Source: Deltaproteobacteria bacterium
Lineage (GTDB): Bacteria; Myxococcota_A; Polyangia; Polyangiales; Houyiibacteriaceae
Reading direction: 5' to 3'
NCBI GenBank assembly: GCA_034670305.1
Contig: JAXMNT010000030.1
Span: 1 to 64,000 of the forward strand
DNA length: 64,000 bases
Shown here: positions 37,742 to 47,377 of the stretch, in pieces
How the letters are laid out: every line of letters starts with the position of its first letter
Position numbering within the stretch: the stretch's first letter is position 1
The notes under the pieces: model-generated
Told to the model about the DNA's origin: nothing
The model's database searches: none
Seen by the model: the letters and a program-made list of their open reading frames with translations, nothing else
Made by a program: the position numbers and the translations under genes

Positions 37742-39592
37742 GTGAACCGAAACACCGCCAAAAAACTGGCCCACCTTCTCGCGGATGAGTCCCAGCGCGC
37801 GCTCGAGCAGATGCGCATCTCGGGTCATCCCAAACCCCACTTCGTCTCGCAGCTGCTCCGTCACGCCGAGGAACGGCGCATGGAGGCCCGCTTCGGCGCG
37901 CTGATGCAAGAGGACCACACGACGCGCCGCAGCGGGCTCGTCGATGTGCGCGTCGGTTCGTACCGGCGCGATCAGGTGCGCAACGGCGGGGTCAAAGACA
38001 ACAGCACCGACCTCGAGTCGTTCGACATGTTGCAGCTGCCGCTCGGCGGCCCGGGCGATGGCATCCGCCATGCGCTCTGGAAGCTGACCGAAGCCAAGTA
38101 CCGAGAAGCCTGCGACGACTTCCTGCACAAACGCGCGGTCGAGCTGAACTACCTGGACGAACACCGGGCACTGCCGGCGTTCGAGCGGGTGAAACCGGTC
38201 GTCGATCTCGACATCCAGACCCCGCCGCCCTTCGACGTCGATGCGTGGCGCGACTTCGTCCTGCGCGGCAGCAAGTCGATTCAACGCTTCCCGCTCGTGC
38301 GCGATGGCCACCTGCGGGTGCAGGCGACGAACATGGTGCGGATCTTCGCCAGCACCGAGGGCACGATGATCGCGCGCAGCCAGCCGCTGCGCACGGTGGA
38401 GCTGCACTTGTGGGTGCTCTCGCCCGACGGGTGGGCGGTGCCACAGACCCGCACCTGGTTCACCACCAACGACGACGAACTGCCGGACCTCGCGGAAGTC
38501 CGGCACACGATGAACGTGCTCTACTCGCGTTCCGTCGCGCTCGCGTCGGCGCCCATGATCCGCAGCTTCGCCGGGCCGGTGTTGCTCGAGCCGCTGCCGG
38601 CCGGGCTGATGGTGCACGAAGCGCTCGGCCACCGCCTCGAAGGCGACCGACTCCTGGCCGGCCAAGAGGGACAGACGTTCCGCGACCGACTCGGTTCCGA
38701 AGTGTTGCCGGTCGGCATCACGGTGCGCGACGACCCGCGCATGACGACGTTCGAGGGGCGCTCGCTGGTGGGTGCATTCGACTACGACGACGAAGGCGTG
38801 GCGAGCCGCGAAGCGAAGCTCATCGACGATGGCAAGTTGGCCGGGTTTCTGACCTCGCGCAGCCCCATCGGCAAAAAGCACAAGAGCAACGGACACGCGC
38901 GCAGCGCCCACCACGCGCGGCCGATGAGCCGCATGGGCGTCACGGTGGTCGAAGCGACCTCCGACGCGATGACCGAAGCACAGCTCTTCCAAGCGTTCCT
39001 CGAAGAGATCCGCGAACAGGAGGTCCCGTTCGGCATCCGCATCGTCGAGGCCTTCGGCGGCGAGACCTCCACCGAAGCCTACGACTTCCAAGCGTTCCTC
39101 GGAGAGATCGAAGTCGCCACCCGCGTCTACCCGGATGGGCGCGAAGAGCTCGTGCGCGGAGTCGACTTCGTAGGCACGCCGCTCAACGCGATGCGCGGCA
39201 TCGTGGCGGCGGGTTCCAACCGGGTGGTCGACAACGCCTGGTGTGGCGCGGAGAGCGGCTACGTGCCTGTGAGCACGATCTGCCCGGCGCTCCTGGTCGA
39301 CGAACTCGAGCTTCAGTCGAAGCCGATGCGGCCGATGACGCAGTACTCGTACCCGGTGCCTTGGCAGTCCAACGCGGAGCCGAAGAAGAAGCCGAAGAAG
39401 CCGAAGAAGCCCGGCACGCCGAAGAAGCCCCGCAAGCCGAAGAAGCCCCGTGGGCCGAAGCTCGCGACTGAATTGTCGCGGAGGGGTGGGGCAGTCGAGC
39501 GAAGCGAGCGGTCGACCCCCGCAGGCATCCGACGAGGAGGCCGAGCCCAGCCCCGCAGCGACGCTCCCAGTTCAACGGGGAAGTCCAAGTGA
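37742..39592 (+). CDS. TldD/PmbA family metalloprotease with Lys/Pro-rich C-terminal tail
   Basis: VHEALGHRLEG (HExxxH), YDDEGV, SNGHAR, NAWCGAESG; PKK repeats at 39379-39460. Confidence 0.88.
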   Translation: MNRNTAKKLAHLLADESQRALEQMRISGHPKPHFVSQLLRHAEERRMEARFGALMQEDHTTRRSGLVDVRVGSYRRDQVRNGGVKDNSTDLESFDMLQLPLGGPGDGIRHALWKLTEAKYREACDDFLHKRAVELNYLDEHRALPAFERVKPVVDLDIQTPPPFDVDAWRDFVLRGSKSIQRFPLVRDGHLRVQATNMVRIFASTEGTMIARSQPLRTVELHLWVLSPDGWAVPQTRTWFTTNDDELPDLAEVRHTMNVLYSRSVALASAPMIRSFAGPVLLEPLPAGLMVHEALGHRLEGDRLLAGQEGQTFRDRLGSEVLPVGITVRDDPRMTTFEGRSLVGAFDYDDEGVASREAKLIDDGKLAGFLTSRSPIGKKHKSNGHARSAHHARPMSRMGVTVVEATSDAMTEAQLFQAFLEEIREQEVPFGIRIVEAFGGETSTEAYDFQAFLGEIEVATRVYPDGREELVRGVDFVGTPLNAMRGIVAAGSNRVVDNAWCGAESGYVPVSTICPALLVDELELQSKPMRPMTQYSYPVPWQSNAEPKKKPKKPKKPGTPKKPRKPKKPRGPKLATELSRRGGAVERSERSTPAGIRRGGRAQPRSDAPSSTGKSK

Positions 39593-40314
39593 TCGTCGTC
39601 ACCGGATGCCGCCGCTCCGGCACGTCGTTGTGGATGCAGATCCTCTCCGAAGCCGGTCTGCCGATCGTGGGCGAAGCGTTCGCCCCGGAGCTCGAACCGC
39701 TCGCCGACGCGAACCCCAATGGGTTCTACGAGTCCGAACACCGCTACGGGGTGGTGGGCGAAGCGGACGCGCTTCGCGGACAGGTCTTGAAGATGTTCGC
39801 GCCCGGCCTGCTCGAAGTCGACGAGGACGAGCTCGAACGGGTTCTGTTCTGTCTCCGGCCCTGGCGCGCCCACGTCGCCTCGACGACCGCGTTCGAAGTG
39901 CTCGAGGCCGAAGCGCTCGGGGAAGAGATCCCGCAGTCGATGCCGCCCGCGCTCGAGTGGTGGTTCGAGAACTACTGCTTGCTCGGGGACTTCGCCGAGC
40001 GGGACTACCCGATGATGATGGTCGCCTACGACCTGGTCCTCGAGAAGCCGCTGGAGACGATCCAGCGGGCGCTGGTGTTCCTCGACCAGGACGAAGGGCT
40101 GGCCGAACACGCCGTGCAGGTCGTCGACCCATCGCTGCGCCACGCCGATGCCTCGACCGAGGTCGAAGTGGACCTCCCGGACGAGGTGCTGGCCACCTTC
40201 GATGCGTTCTACGACCGGGTCCGCAACCGCGACGCGTTCGACGACGCGTTCGTCGACCGACTCAGCGCGACCCACGAAGCGGTGATGCCGCTCATCGAAC
40301 CCCACCTCGAATAA
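39589..40314 (+). CDS. Sulfotransferase-like P-loop protein
   Basis: IVVTGCRRSGTSLWMQIL, NPNGFYE, YDLVLEKP, VDPSLRH; GTGA overlap with the tldD-like gene. Confidence 0.75.
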   Translation: MIVVTGCRRSGTSLWMQILSEAGLPIVGEAFAPELEPLADANPNGFYESEHRYGVVGEADALRGQVLKMFAPGLLEVDEDELERVLFCLRPWRAHVASTTAFEVLEAEALGEEIPQSMPPALEWWFENYCLLGDFAERDYPMMMVAYDLVLEKPLETIQRALVFLDQDEGLAEHAVQVVDPSLRHADASTEVEVDLPDEVLATFDAFYDRVRNRDAFDDAFVDRLSATHEAVMPLIEPHLE

Positions 40315-40316
40315 AA

Positions 40317-40597
40317 GTAGCGGCCGCAGTTCGTTGCGAGGTCCCGCGAAGCGGGCCAGTCCTCGAACAGCACCAACGAGTCAGGCGGCTCCACCCGTGC
40401 ACCTGCGCAGCGCAGGCCGAGCAACTGGTGCACTCCCCAAGTGCACACAGAGCGCCTCAAGGAGCGCCTGGGCGCAGCCGCCAATCGCATCAAGAGGGTT
40501 CTCCAAGGACCCATCGAATGGCGGCGAGCACGTGCAGGCAGCGACGGGCGCGAATTGGGGCCGCCAGTCCCGCGAAGCGGGCCACGCCCGTAGTGGC
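40317..40597. repeat. Highly structured ~280-nt non-coding element (MITE/REP-like or ncRNA)
   Basis: Direct repeat GTCCCGCGAAGCGGGCCA at 40341 and 40567; nested long-range stems; motifs shared with 895-987. Confidence 0.6.
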
Positions 40598-40601
40598 AAT
40601 T

Positions 40602-40641
40602 AAAAAGCGCGGCCGCAACGAGGGGGGTCGTTGCGGCCGCG
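40602..40641 (-). terminator. Intrinsic terminator with C6 loop (3' end of candidate sRNA)
   Basis: Perfect 14-bp stem 40608-40621/40628-40641, then CTTTTT on the minus strand. Confidence 0.85.
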
Positions 40642-40707
40642 AGATTGGGAAATGGCGAGCTGAGCGTAGGGGGGGGGAACGACGCTCGGGCGCATCGCCA
40701 CTTCACC
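40602..40707 (-). ncRNA. Candidate sigma54-dependent sRNA with two C-rich loops (Pxr-like architecture)
   Basis: Promoter, then SL1 with C9 loop, then terminator stem-loop with C6 loop and U tail; the G-U wobble in SL1 works only on the minus strand. Confidence 0.7.
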
Positions 40708-40716
40708 CAACTACCT

Positions 40717-40734
40717 ATGCGATAATGGTGCCAA
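40717..40734 (-). promoter_or_regulatory. sigma54 (-24/-12) promoter
   Basis: TTGGCACCATTATCGCAT: TGGCAC with exact GG-N10-GC spacing. Confidence 0.72.
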
Positions 40735-40799
40735 CCGAAAAGGCGAATGATCTTCACGGATGGGATCCGCTCTGGTTTCAGACGCGCAATGGGGCCGTT

Positions 40800-41900
40800 T
40801 CAAGAATGGAATTTTCGTCTCATTTTCCTACCGAATGCAAAGAGCAGCAGTCCGCCCAGCGCGAACGCCGCCGGCCTGGCCCACTCCCGGATCCGGCCGG
40901 CATGCAGCCAGCTCTGACGGGGCGGCAGGGTCACGACTTCGGGTAGGTGCAGGGGGGCGTCCAGCGGCGCGCGCATCGGAGCCAACAAGCCCTCCATCGA
41001 AGGAGCGGTGATCGTGATGGCGTTCATGACCTCCCGCTCGACCCCCCGGACATAGACCATCTCGCGGCCCGACTTGGTGCGGCGCGACCGGCGGACCTCG
41101 CCTTCCTCGCGGCGCACCCCGAAGCCCAGCTGCTCTTCCCAGCGACTGCCGCTCGGCGCGTTCATGACGCCGCCGAGACGCTCCACGAAGAGGGTGCTCG
41201 AGCCGCCGCCGTCCAGGTTGAGGGCACGGTGGGCGCCGAGCTCCGCGAGGGTGCGCGCCAGCTCGTACATCGTGAGCCCGACGCTGTGCTCTTGCCGCCC
41301 GTCGGTGACGAGCAACCACAAGGTGTTGCCGGTGCGGGAGACGGCCGCGGCCGTTCGCGGCTGCCGCATGTTGGCCGTGGCGACCGGGTCGAGCGACTCG
41401 GTATCGACCTCGCCGTCGCGGACCAGCATCGGGCGGCCAGAGGTCCCTTGCAGGATGCGGTCGGGTACGGGATCGAGCACTTCTTCGGGTGGACTGATGA
41501 AGGCGCGGCCATTGCGACCGAACCCCAGAAAGCCGAAGACGTAGTTGTCGGCGGTGTCCTCCCACGGCTCGTCGTCTGTGACGTGCAGTCCGGCTGGCTG
41601 TGCGAAGGTCTCCCAGAACCCGCCGTTCACCGCGACCGCGGCCCCCTGGGTCCGCGCGTGGTCGCCCACGGTCTGCCAACGTTCGTCTCGGCCACTCACC
41701 CGCACGTCCACGCCGTCGTGGCGAAGGTCGATCTCCAGGACGTGGATGGTGCAGGGCGCCGTGGTGACGCGGCGTAGGTACCGGATGCCCGGGTTCGGCT
41801 CCGACCAGACGTCGTAGAACTCGACCGGGGGTCGTTCGCGCTCCTGGGCAGCGGCAGGCAGGGCGGACACAAGACAGAGAACGAGGATGAAGAGGCGCAC
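40800..41900 (-). CDS. Phosphodiester glycosidase (NAGPA/DUF2233) family secreted protein
   Basis: Signal peptide, AVNGGFW, QPRTAAA, LVTDGRQ, ALNLDGGGSS; C-terminal TM. Confidence 0.88.
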   Translation of the reverse strand: MRLFILVLCLVSALPAAAQERERPPVEFYDVWSEPNPGIRYLRRVTTAPCTIHVLEIDLRHDGVDVRVSGRDERWQTVGDHARTQGAAVAVNGGFWETFAQPAGLHVTDDEPWEDTADNYVFGFLGFGRNGRAFISPPEEVLDPVPDRILQGTSGRPMLVRDGEVDTESLDPVATANMRQPRTAAAVSRTGNTLWLLVTDGRQEHSVGLTMYELARTLAELGAHRALNLDGGGSSTLFVERLGGVMNAPSGSRWEEQLGFGVRREEGEVRRSRRTKSGREMVYVRGVEREVMNAITITAPSMEGLLAPMRAPLDAPLHLPEVVTLPPRQSWLHAGRIREWARPAAFALGGLLLFAFGRKMRRKFHS

Positions 41901-42011
41901 GCAGGGTTGCAGTGCAAGGGCGGATCCCGGCGAAAACGTCAATGATTGCGGGATTCTGCGGCCGTCGTTCGCGTGTGTTCGGAGACACCGCCGCGTCTGC
42001 GCAGCCACGAT

Positions 42012-42104
42012 CCGAAGAAGAAGAAGAAGCCGAAGCCGAAGCCGAAGCCGATCCCGAAGCCGAAGCCGAGGCCGAAGGCGATCCCGAAGCCGAAGCCGAC
42101 CCCG
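42012..42104. repeat. (CCGAAG)n/(GAA)n low-complexity tract in a divergent promoter region
   Basis: ccgaagaagaagaagaagccgaagccgaagccgaagccgatcccgaagcc... Confidence 0.85.
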
Positions 42105-42114
42105 TCCCGTTGCT

Positions 42115-42140
42115 CGCTCTCTACCATGTGGTAGGGAGCG
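42115..42140 (+). promoter_or_regulatory. Inverted repeat covering the putative -10 and SD of the fatty-acid operon
   Basis: CGCTCTCTACCA-TG-TGGTAGGGAGCG (11/12 match); TACCAT at 42122, GGGAG at 42134, ATG at 42143. Confidence 0.5.
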
Positions 42141-42142
42141 GG

Positions 42143-43054
42143 ATGGCCATCTCCACCCGTCACGTCCGCCACCAGTGGCCGGTGCTCGGCGCGCTCGCCC
42201 GCTCCGCGGTGTTGGCCGTTCGCAACCGCAACGTGTCGGGGGCGCCGCCCAAGACGCCGGGGCCTTGGTTTCGCGCCAGCCTGCCACCGCGGGATCCGCA
42301 GCTCATCCGCGACTACATCCGGCACGTGGGCGGCGATCCTTCGCTCCACAAACGGACGGTGCCGGCGCACCTCTTTCCGCAGTGGACGTTCCCCCTCCAA
42401 GCCCAGGCGCTCGAAGGGCTGCCTTACCCGATGCAGAAGGTGCTCAACGGCGGTTGCCTGCTCGAGCAGCACACGCCGCTGCCGCAAAACGAACGGCTCG
42501 AGGTCGCCACCCGGCTCGACCACGTGGACGACGACGGCCGGCGCGCGGTGCTCCGGTTTCTCGCCACGACGGGCACCAAGAGCTGCCCCGACGCGTTGAC
42601 CGCCCACCTCTACGCCATCGTGCCGCTTGCGAAGAAGTCGGACGACGGACAGCCGCGCGCGAAGAAGGTCCCCGTCCGGGTCCCAGACGACGCGCGCGAG
42701 GTCGGCTGGTGGAAACTCCGCGCAGACGCCGGGCTCGACTTCGCGAAGCTGACCGGCGACTTCAACCCCGTCCACTGGGTGCCGCCCTACGCGCGCGCGT
42801 TCGGATTCCGGAGCTGCATCTTGCATGGCTTCTCCACGTTTGCGCGCACCTGGGAAGGGCTGCGTACCTCGCTCCGCCAAGAGCCCACCAAACTCGACGT
42901 GCGGTTCACCAAACCGTTGCTGCTGCCGGCGCGCGTCGGCCTCTACCTCTCCCCGGACGACGCCGAGCCGTCCGCGCCTCCCGCACACGCCGGACGCGTC
43001 TTCGTCGGAGACGCCCCAAGCGGCCCGGCCTACCTCGAAGGAACCTACGCATGA
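42143..43054 (+). CDS. MaoC-type double hot-dog (R)-hydratase/dehydratase (HtdX-like)
   Basis: FAKLTGDFNPVHW...ARAFGFRSCILHG; DVRFTKPLLLP. Confidence 0.88.
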   Translation: MAISTRHVRHQWPVLGALARSAVLAVRNRNVSGAPPKTPGPWFRASLPPRDPQLIRDYIRHVGGDPSLHKRTVPAHLFPQWTFPLQAQALEGLPYPMQKVLNGGCLLEQHTPLPQNERLEVATRLDHVDDDGRRAVLRFLATTGTKSCPDALTAHLYAIVPLAKKSDDGQPRAKKVPVRVPDDAREVGWWKLRADAGLDFAKLTGDFNPVHWVPPYARAFGFRSCILHGFSTFARTWEGLRTSLRQEPTKLDVRFTKPLLLPARVGLYLSPDDAEPSAPPAHAGRVFVGDAPSGPAYLEGTYA

Positions 43055-44484
43055 GCAACGATCTCTTGCTGCAACTCAGCAGCAACCCTCAGAGCCGGAA
43101 GATGATCCAGTCGCTCGGCCTTCCACTGCCGATGCCGCAGAAGCTCGCTCGCGCCCGCGGCGCGTACGAGGAGCGACCGATCGCGGACGCTTCGGTGCTG
43201 CTTGGCGGCGCGCTCACGGGTGAGGTCGGTCGGGCGATCGCCGGCACCGTCATCCGCGCCGGTGGCGATCCGATCGTAGGCGACCTCGACGAGTCCGCGT
43301 CGGCGATGCTGGCGCGTCTCGGGGAAGCTTGGGGCCGTCCCGCCCGCGAGGTGTCCGAGCTCGGTGAGACCGGCCGCCTCGAGTGCATCGTCTTCGATGC
43401 GACGGGCATCGAAGAACCCGCGGCGCTGCGCACGCTCTACGACCACTTTCATCCGCACCTGCGGCGTCTGCTCCCATGCGGCCGGGTCGTGGTCGTCGGA
43501 CGGCCGCCCGAAGAAGGCAGCGCCGTCGCGGCCGGCGCGCGGCATGCACTCGATGGATTCGTGCGCAGCCTCGCGAAGGAGGTCGGCCGCCGCGGGTCGA
43601 CCGCGAACTTGGTCGTGCTCGAGTCCGGCGCCGAAGCGCGCCTCGAACCGGTCTTGCGGTTCCTGCTCTCGAAACGATCCGCCTACGTGACTTGCCAGCC
43701 AATCCGCGTCTCGCGGCTCGCGGCCGGCGCGAACGAGTTCCCGGCGGTGCGTCCACTCGACGGCAAAACCGTGCTCGTCACCGGCGCCGCCCGCGGCATC
43801 GGTGCCGCGACCGCGGAGATCCTCGCCGCTGAAGGTGCGCACGTCGTGGTGCTCGACCGGCCCGCGGACGACGGACCCGCGAGCAAGGTCGCGCGCGCGA
43901 TCGGCGGTTCGGTGCTGCTGCAAGACATCACCGACGCGGACGCGCCGGCGGAGATCACCAAAGCGATGTCGGCCCGAGGCGGGGTCGACGTCGTGATCCA
44001 CAACGCCGGCATCACCCGCGATCGCACCCTGCCCAAGATGAAGTCCGAGAACTGGGATCTCGCCCTCGACGTGAACCTCGGCGCGGTCGCTCGGATCAAC
44101 GAAGCGTTGCTGGCCGCGGACGCCATCCGCGAGGGCGGGCGAATCGTCTGCCTGAGTTCGGTCGCCGGGCTGGCGGGCAACGTGGGCCAGACCAACTACG
44201 CCGCGTCCAAAGCGGGCATCGTCGGATACGTCCGGCGTCTGGCGCTCGACGTCGCGGACCGCGGCATCACAGTCAACGCGATCGCGCCCGGCTTCATCGA
44301 GACCCGGCTCACTGCGGCGATGCCGGTGATGATCCGGGAAGCCGCGCGCCGGCTCTCCGCGCTCGGACAAGGCGGCCAGCCCGCCGACGTCGGGCAGGCG
44401 ATCACCTTCCTCTCGACCCCCGGTTCGGTAGGCGTCAGCGGCCAGGTGCTGCGCGTCTGCGGCGGCGCCTTGGTCGGCGCCTAG
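43051..44484 (+). CDS. High-molecular-weight 3-oxoacyl-ACP/CoA reductase (FabG4-like)
   Basis: N-terminal extra domain; TGAARGIG, HNAGITRD, GQTNYAASK, PGFIET; ATGA overlap. Confidence 0.9.
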   Translation: MSNDLLLQLSSNPQSRKMIQSLGLPLPMPQKLARARGAYEERPIADASVLLGGALTGEVGRAIAGTVIRAGGDPIVGDLDESASAMLARLGEAWGRPAREVSELGETGRLECIVFDATGIEEPAALRTLYDHFHPHLRRLLPCGRVVVVGRPPEEGSAVAAGARHALDGFVRSLAKEVGRRGSTANLVVLESGAEARLEPVLRFLLSKRSAYVTCQPIRVSRLAAGANEFPAVRPLDGKTVLVTGAARGIGAATAEILAAEGAHVVVLDRPADDGPASKVARAIGGSVLLQDITDADAPAEITKAMSARGGVDVVIHNAGITRDRTLPKMKSENWDLALDVNLGAVARINEALLAADAIREGGRIVCLSSVAGLAGNVGQTNYAASKAGIVGYVRRLALDVADRGITVNAIAPGFIETRLTAAMPVMIREAARRLSALGQGGQPADVGQAITFLSTPGSVGVSGQVLRVCGGALVGA

Positions 44485-44570
44485 CCTTCGACCCCCATCG
44501 CGGCGATGGTCCACCTCGGCCGCGCCCAACCTTCCCTGCGTTCACGCGTCTCCATTCGAAAAGAAGCACC

Positions 44571-46109
44571 ATGGCCACCCGAAAAAAGTCCGACGACAAG
44601 AAGAAGAAGAAGAGCTCGAGCGGCGACACCAAGAGCGAGAAAAAGAAGAAGAAGAGTTCTTCTGGGGAGATCACCGCGACCTCCAAGACCGCCGCAGGCG
44701 ACAAGTCCGGCAAGACCAAACGAAAGCGCGCCGAAGCATCGGACGCCAAAGCGCCGCGTTCGCGTCGGGCGACCACCCGGAAAAGCGCTCGCAAGAGCAC
44801 GTCGAGTGGCAGCGGCAATGGCCGACGCGCGGTGATCATCGGTGGTGTGCGCACCCCGTTCGTCAAAGCGTTCGGCGCCTTCCTCGAGCTCGACACGATC
44901 GCGCTCGGCGTGGCCGCGACCAGCGCCCTGATCGAACGCACCGGCGTGCCCCGCGACGCGATCGACGCCATCGTCTGGGGCGGCGTGATCCTTCCGTCCG
45001 CCGCACCGAACGTCGGGCGTGAGATCGCGCTCGACTTGAAGCTGCCGGCGAGCGTCGAAGGCATGACCGTGACCCGCGCATGCGCCTCGGGCTTGCAGGC
45101 GGTCACTTTGGCCGCGGCCGCGATCGAACGCGGCGAAGCCGATGTGATCATCGCCGGTGGCTCCGACTCGACCAGCAACGCCGAAGTGAAGTTGCCACAG
45201 AAGGTCGTGCACGCGATGGCGCCCATCGCGTTCGGCAAAGCCAAGGGCGCACGCGACTACCTCGGCGTGCTCTCCCAGCTGATGCCGATCAGCGAGATCC
45301 TTCCAAAGATGCCGAAGATCGCCGAGCGCACCACCGGCGAGGTCATGGGCGAGTCCGCCGAGAAGATGGCACGCCGCAACGAAATCACGCGTGAAGCCCA
45401 AGACGCGCTCGCCGCCCGTTCCCACGCCCGCGCCGCGGCCGCGATCGCTTCGGGGCGGTTCGACAAGGAGGTCACGCCGGTCACCACGCCGGATGGCAAG
45501 GTGGTCTATACCGACGACATCGTGCGCGACGACACGAGCGAGGCGAAGCTCGCCAAACTCCGGCCGGTCTTTGCGAAGAAGGGTCAGGGCGGCACCGTCA
45601 CGGCCGGCAACGCGAGCCCCCTGACCGACGGCGCGTCCGCGGTCTTGCTCATGAGCGAAGAAGCCGCCGAACGGCTCGGACTCGTGCCGCTGGCCGCGAT
45701 CAAGAGCTGGTCCTACGTGGGCGTGGACCCCGCCGACCAGCTGCTCATCGGACCCGCGCTCGCGATGCCCAAGGCGCTCGATCGCGCCGGCATCACGCTG
45801 GACGAGTGCGAACTCGTCGACCTGCACGAAGCGTTCGCGGCGCAGGTGCTTTGCGTCACCAAAGCGCTCGCCAGCGATGCGTTCGCGCAGGAGCGGCTCG
45901 ACCGGCCGACCGCGGTCGGCACCATCGACGAAGCGATCCTCAACGTGCACGGCGGCTCGATCGCGATCGGCCACCCGTTCGGCGCGACCGGCGCCCGCAT
46001 GGTCACCACGATGGCCAACGAGCTCCACGATCGCGGCGCGAAGTACGCGATCCTCGGCCTCTGCGCCGCCGGCGGCCTGGGCGCCGCCGCGGTCCTCGAA
46101 CGGATCTGA
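44571..46109 (+). CDS. Acetyl-CoA C-acyltransferase (thiolase, FadI-like) with basic N-terminal extension
   Basis: RACASG, GNASPLTDGA, HEAFAAQ, GHPFGATG, LCAAGGLG. Confidence 0.93.
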   Translation: MATRKKSDDKKKKKSSSGDTKSEKKKKKSSSGEITATSKTAAGDKSGKTKRKRAEASDAKAPRSRRATTRKSARKSTSSGSGNGRRAVIIGGVRTPFVKAFGAFLELDTIALGVAATSALIERTGVPRDAIDAIVWGGVILPSAAPNVGREIALDLKLPASVEGMTVTRACASGLQAVTLAAAAIERGEADVIIAGGSDSTSNAEVKLPQKVVHAMAPIAFGKAKGARDYLGVLSQLMPISEILPKMPKIAERTTGEVMGESAEKMARRNEITREAQDALAARSHARAAAAIASGRFDKEVTPVTTPDGKVVYTDDIVRDDTSEAKLAKLRPVFAKKGQGGTVTAGNASPLTDGASAVLLMSEEAAERLGLVPLAAIKSWSYVGVDPADQLLIGPALAMPKALDRAGITLDECELVDLHEAFAAQVLCVTKALASDAFAQERLDRPTAVGTIDEAILNVHGGSIAIGHPFGATGARMVTTMANELHDRGAKYAILGLCAAGGLGAAAVLERI

Positions 46110-46175
46110 CCCGACCCGAACTCGCGGCGGGTTGGGTCGCGAGCGACCCATACGAACGCGCTCAGAGCGCGTTCG
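46110..46175. terminator. Cluster of hairpins between convergent genes
   Basis: cccgacccg/cgggttggg, tgggtcgc/gcgaccca, cgaacgcgctc/gagcgcgttcg. Confidence 0.5.
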
Positions 46176-47348
<1,173 letters not shown>

Positions 47349-47377
47349 GTGTTCTCCTGAGACATAGGCGGGGGAGC

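Noticed and set aside
40384-40565. Permuted tmRNA (GGCGGCTCCACC ... GGGGCCGCC resemble tmRNA ends)
   Set aside because: No T-arm GTTCGA before the putative 3' end, no CCA and no tag reading frame; no RNase P or SRP signature either
40209-40757. 182-aa minus-strand ORF over the intergenic region
   Set aside because: Atypical composition, overlaps the sulfotransferase antisense, and runs through a strong terminator
41887-43054. 865-aa reductase and Glu/Ala-repeat N-terminus of MaoC
   Set aside because: Extensions come from the (CCGAAG)n tract and frame overlap; SD-supported or coupled starts are 42143 and 43051
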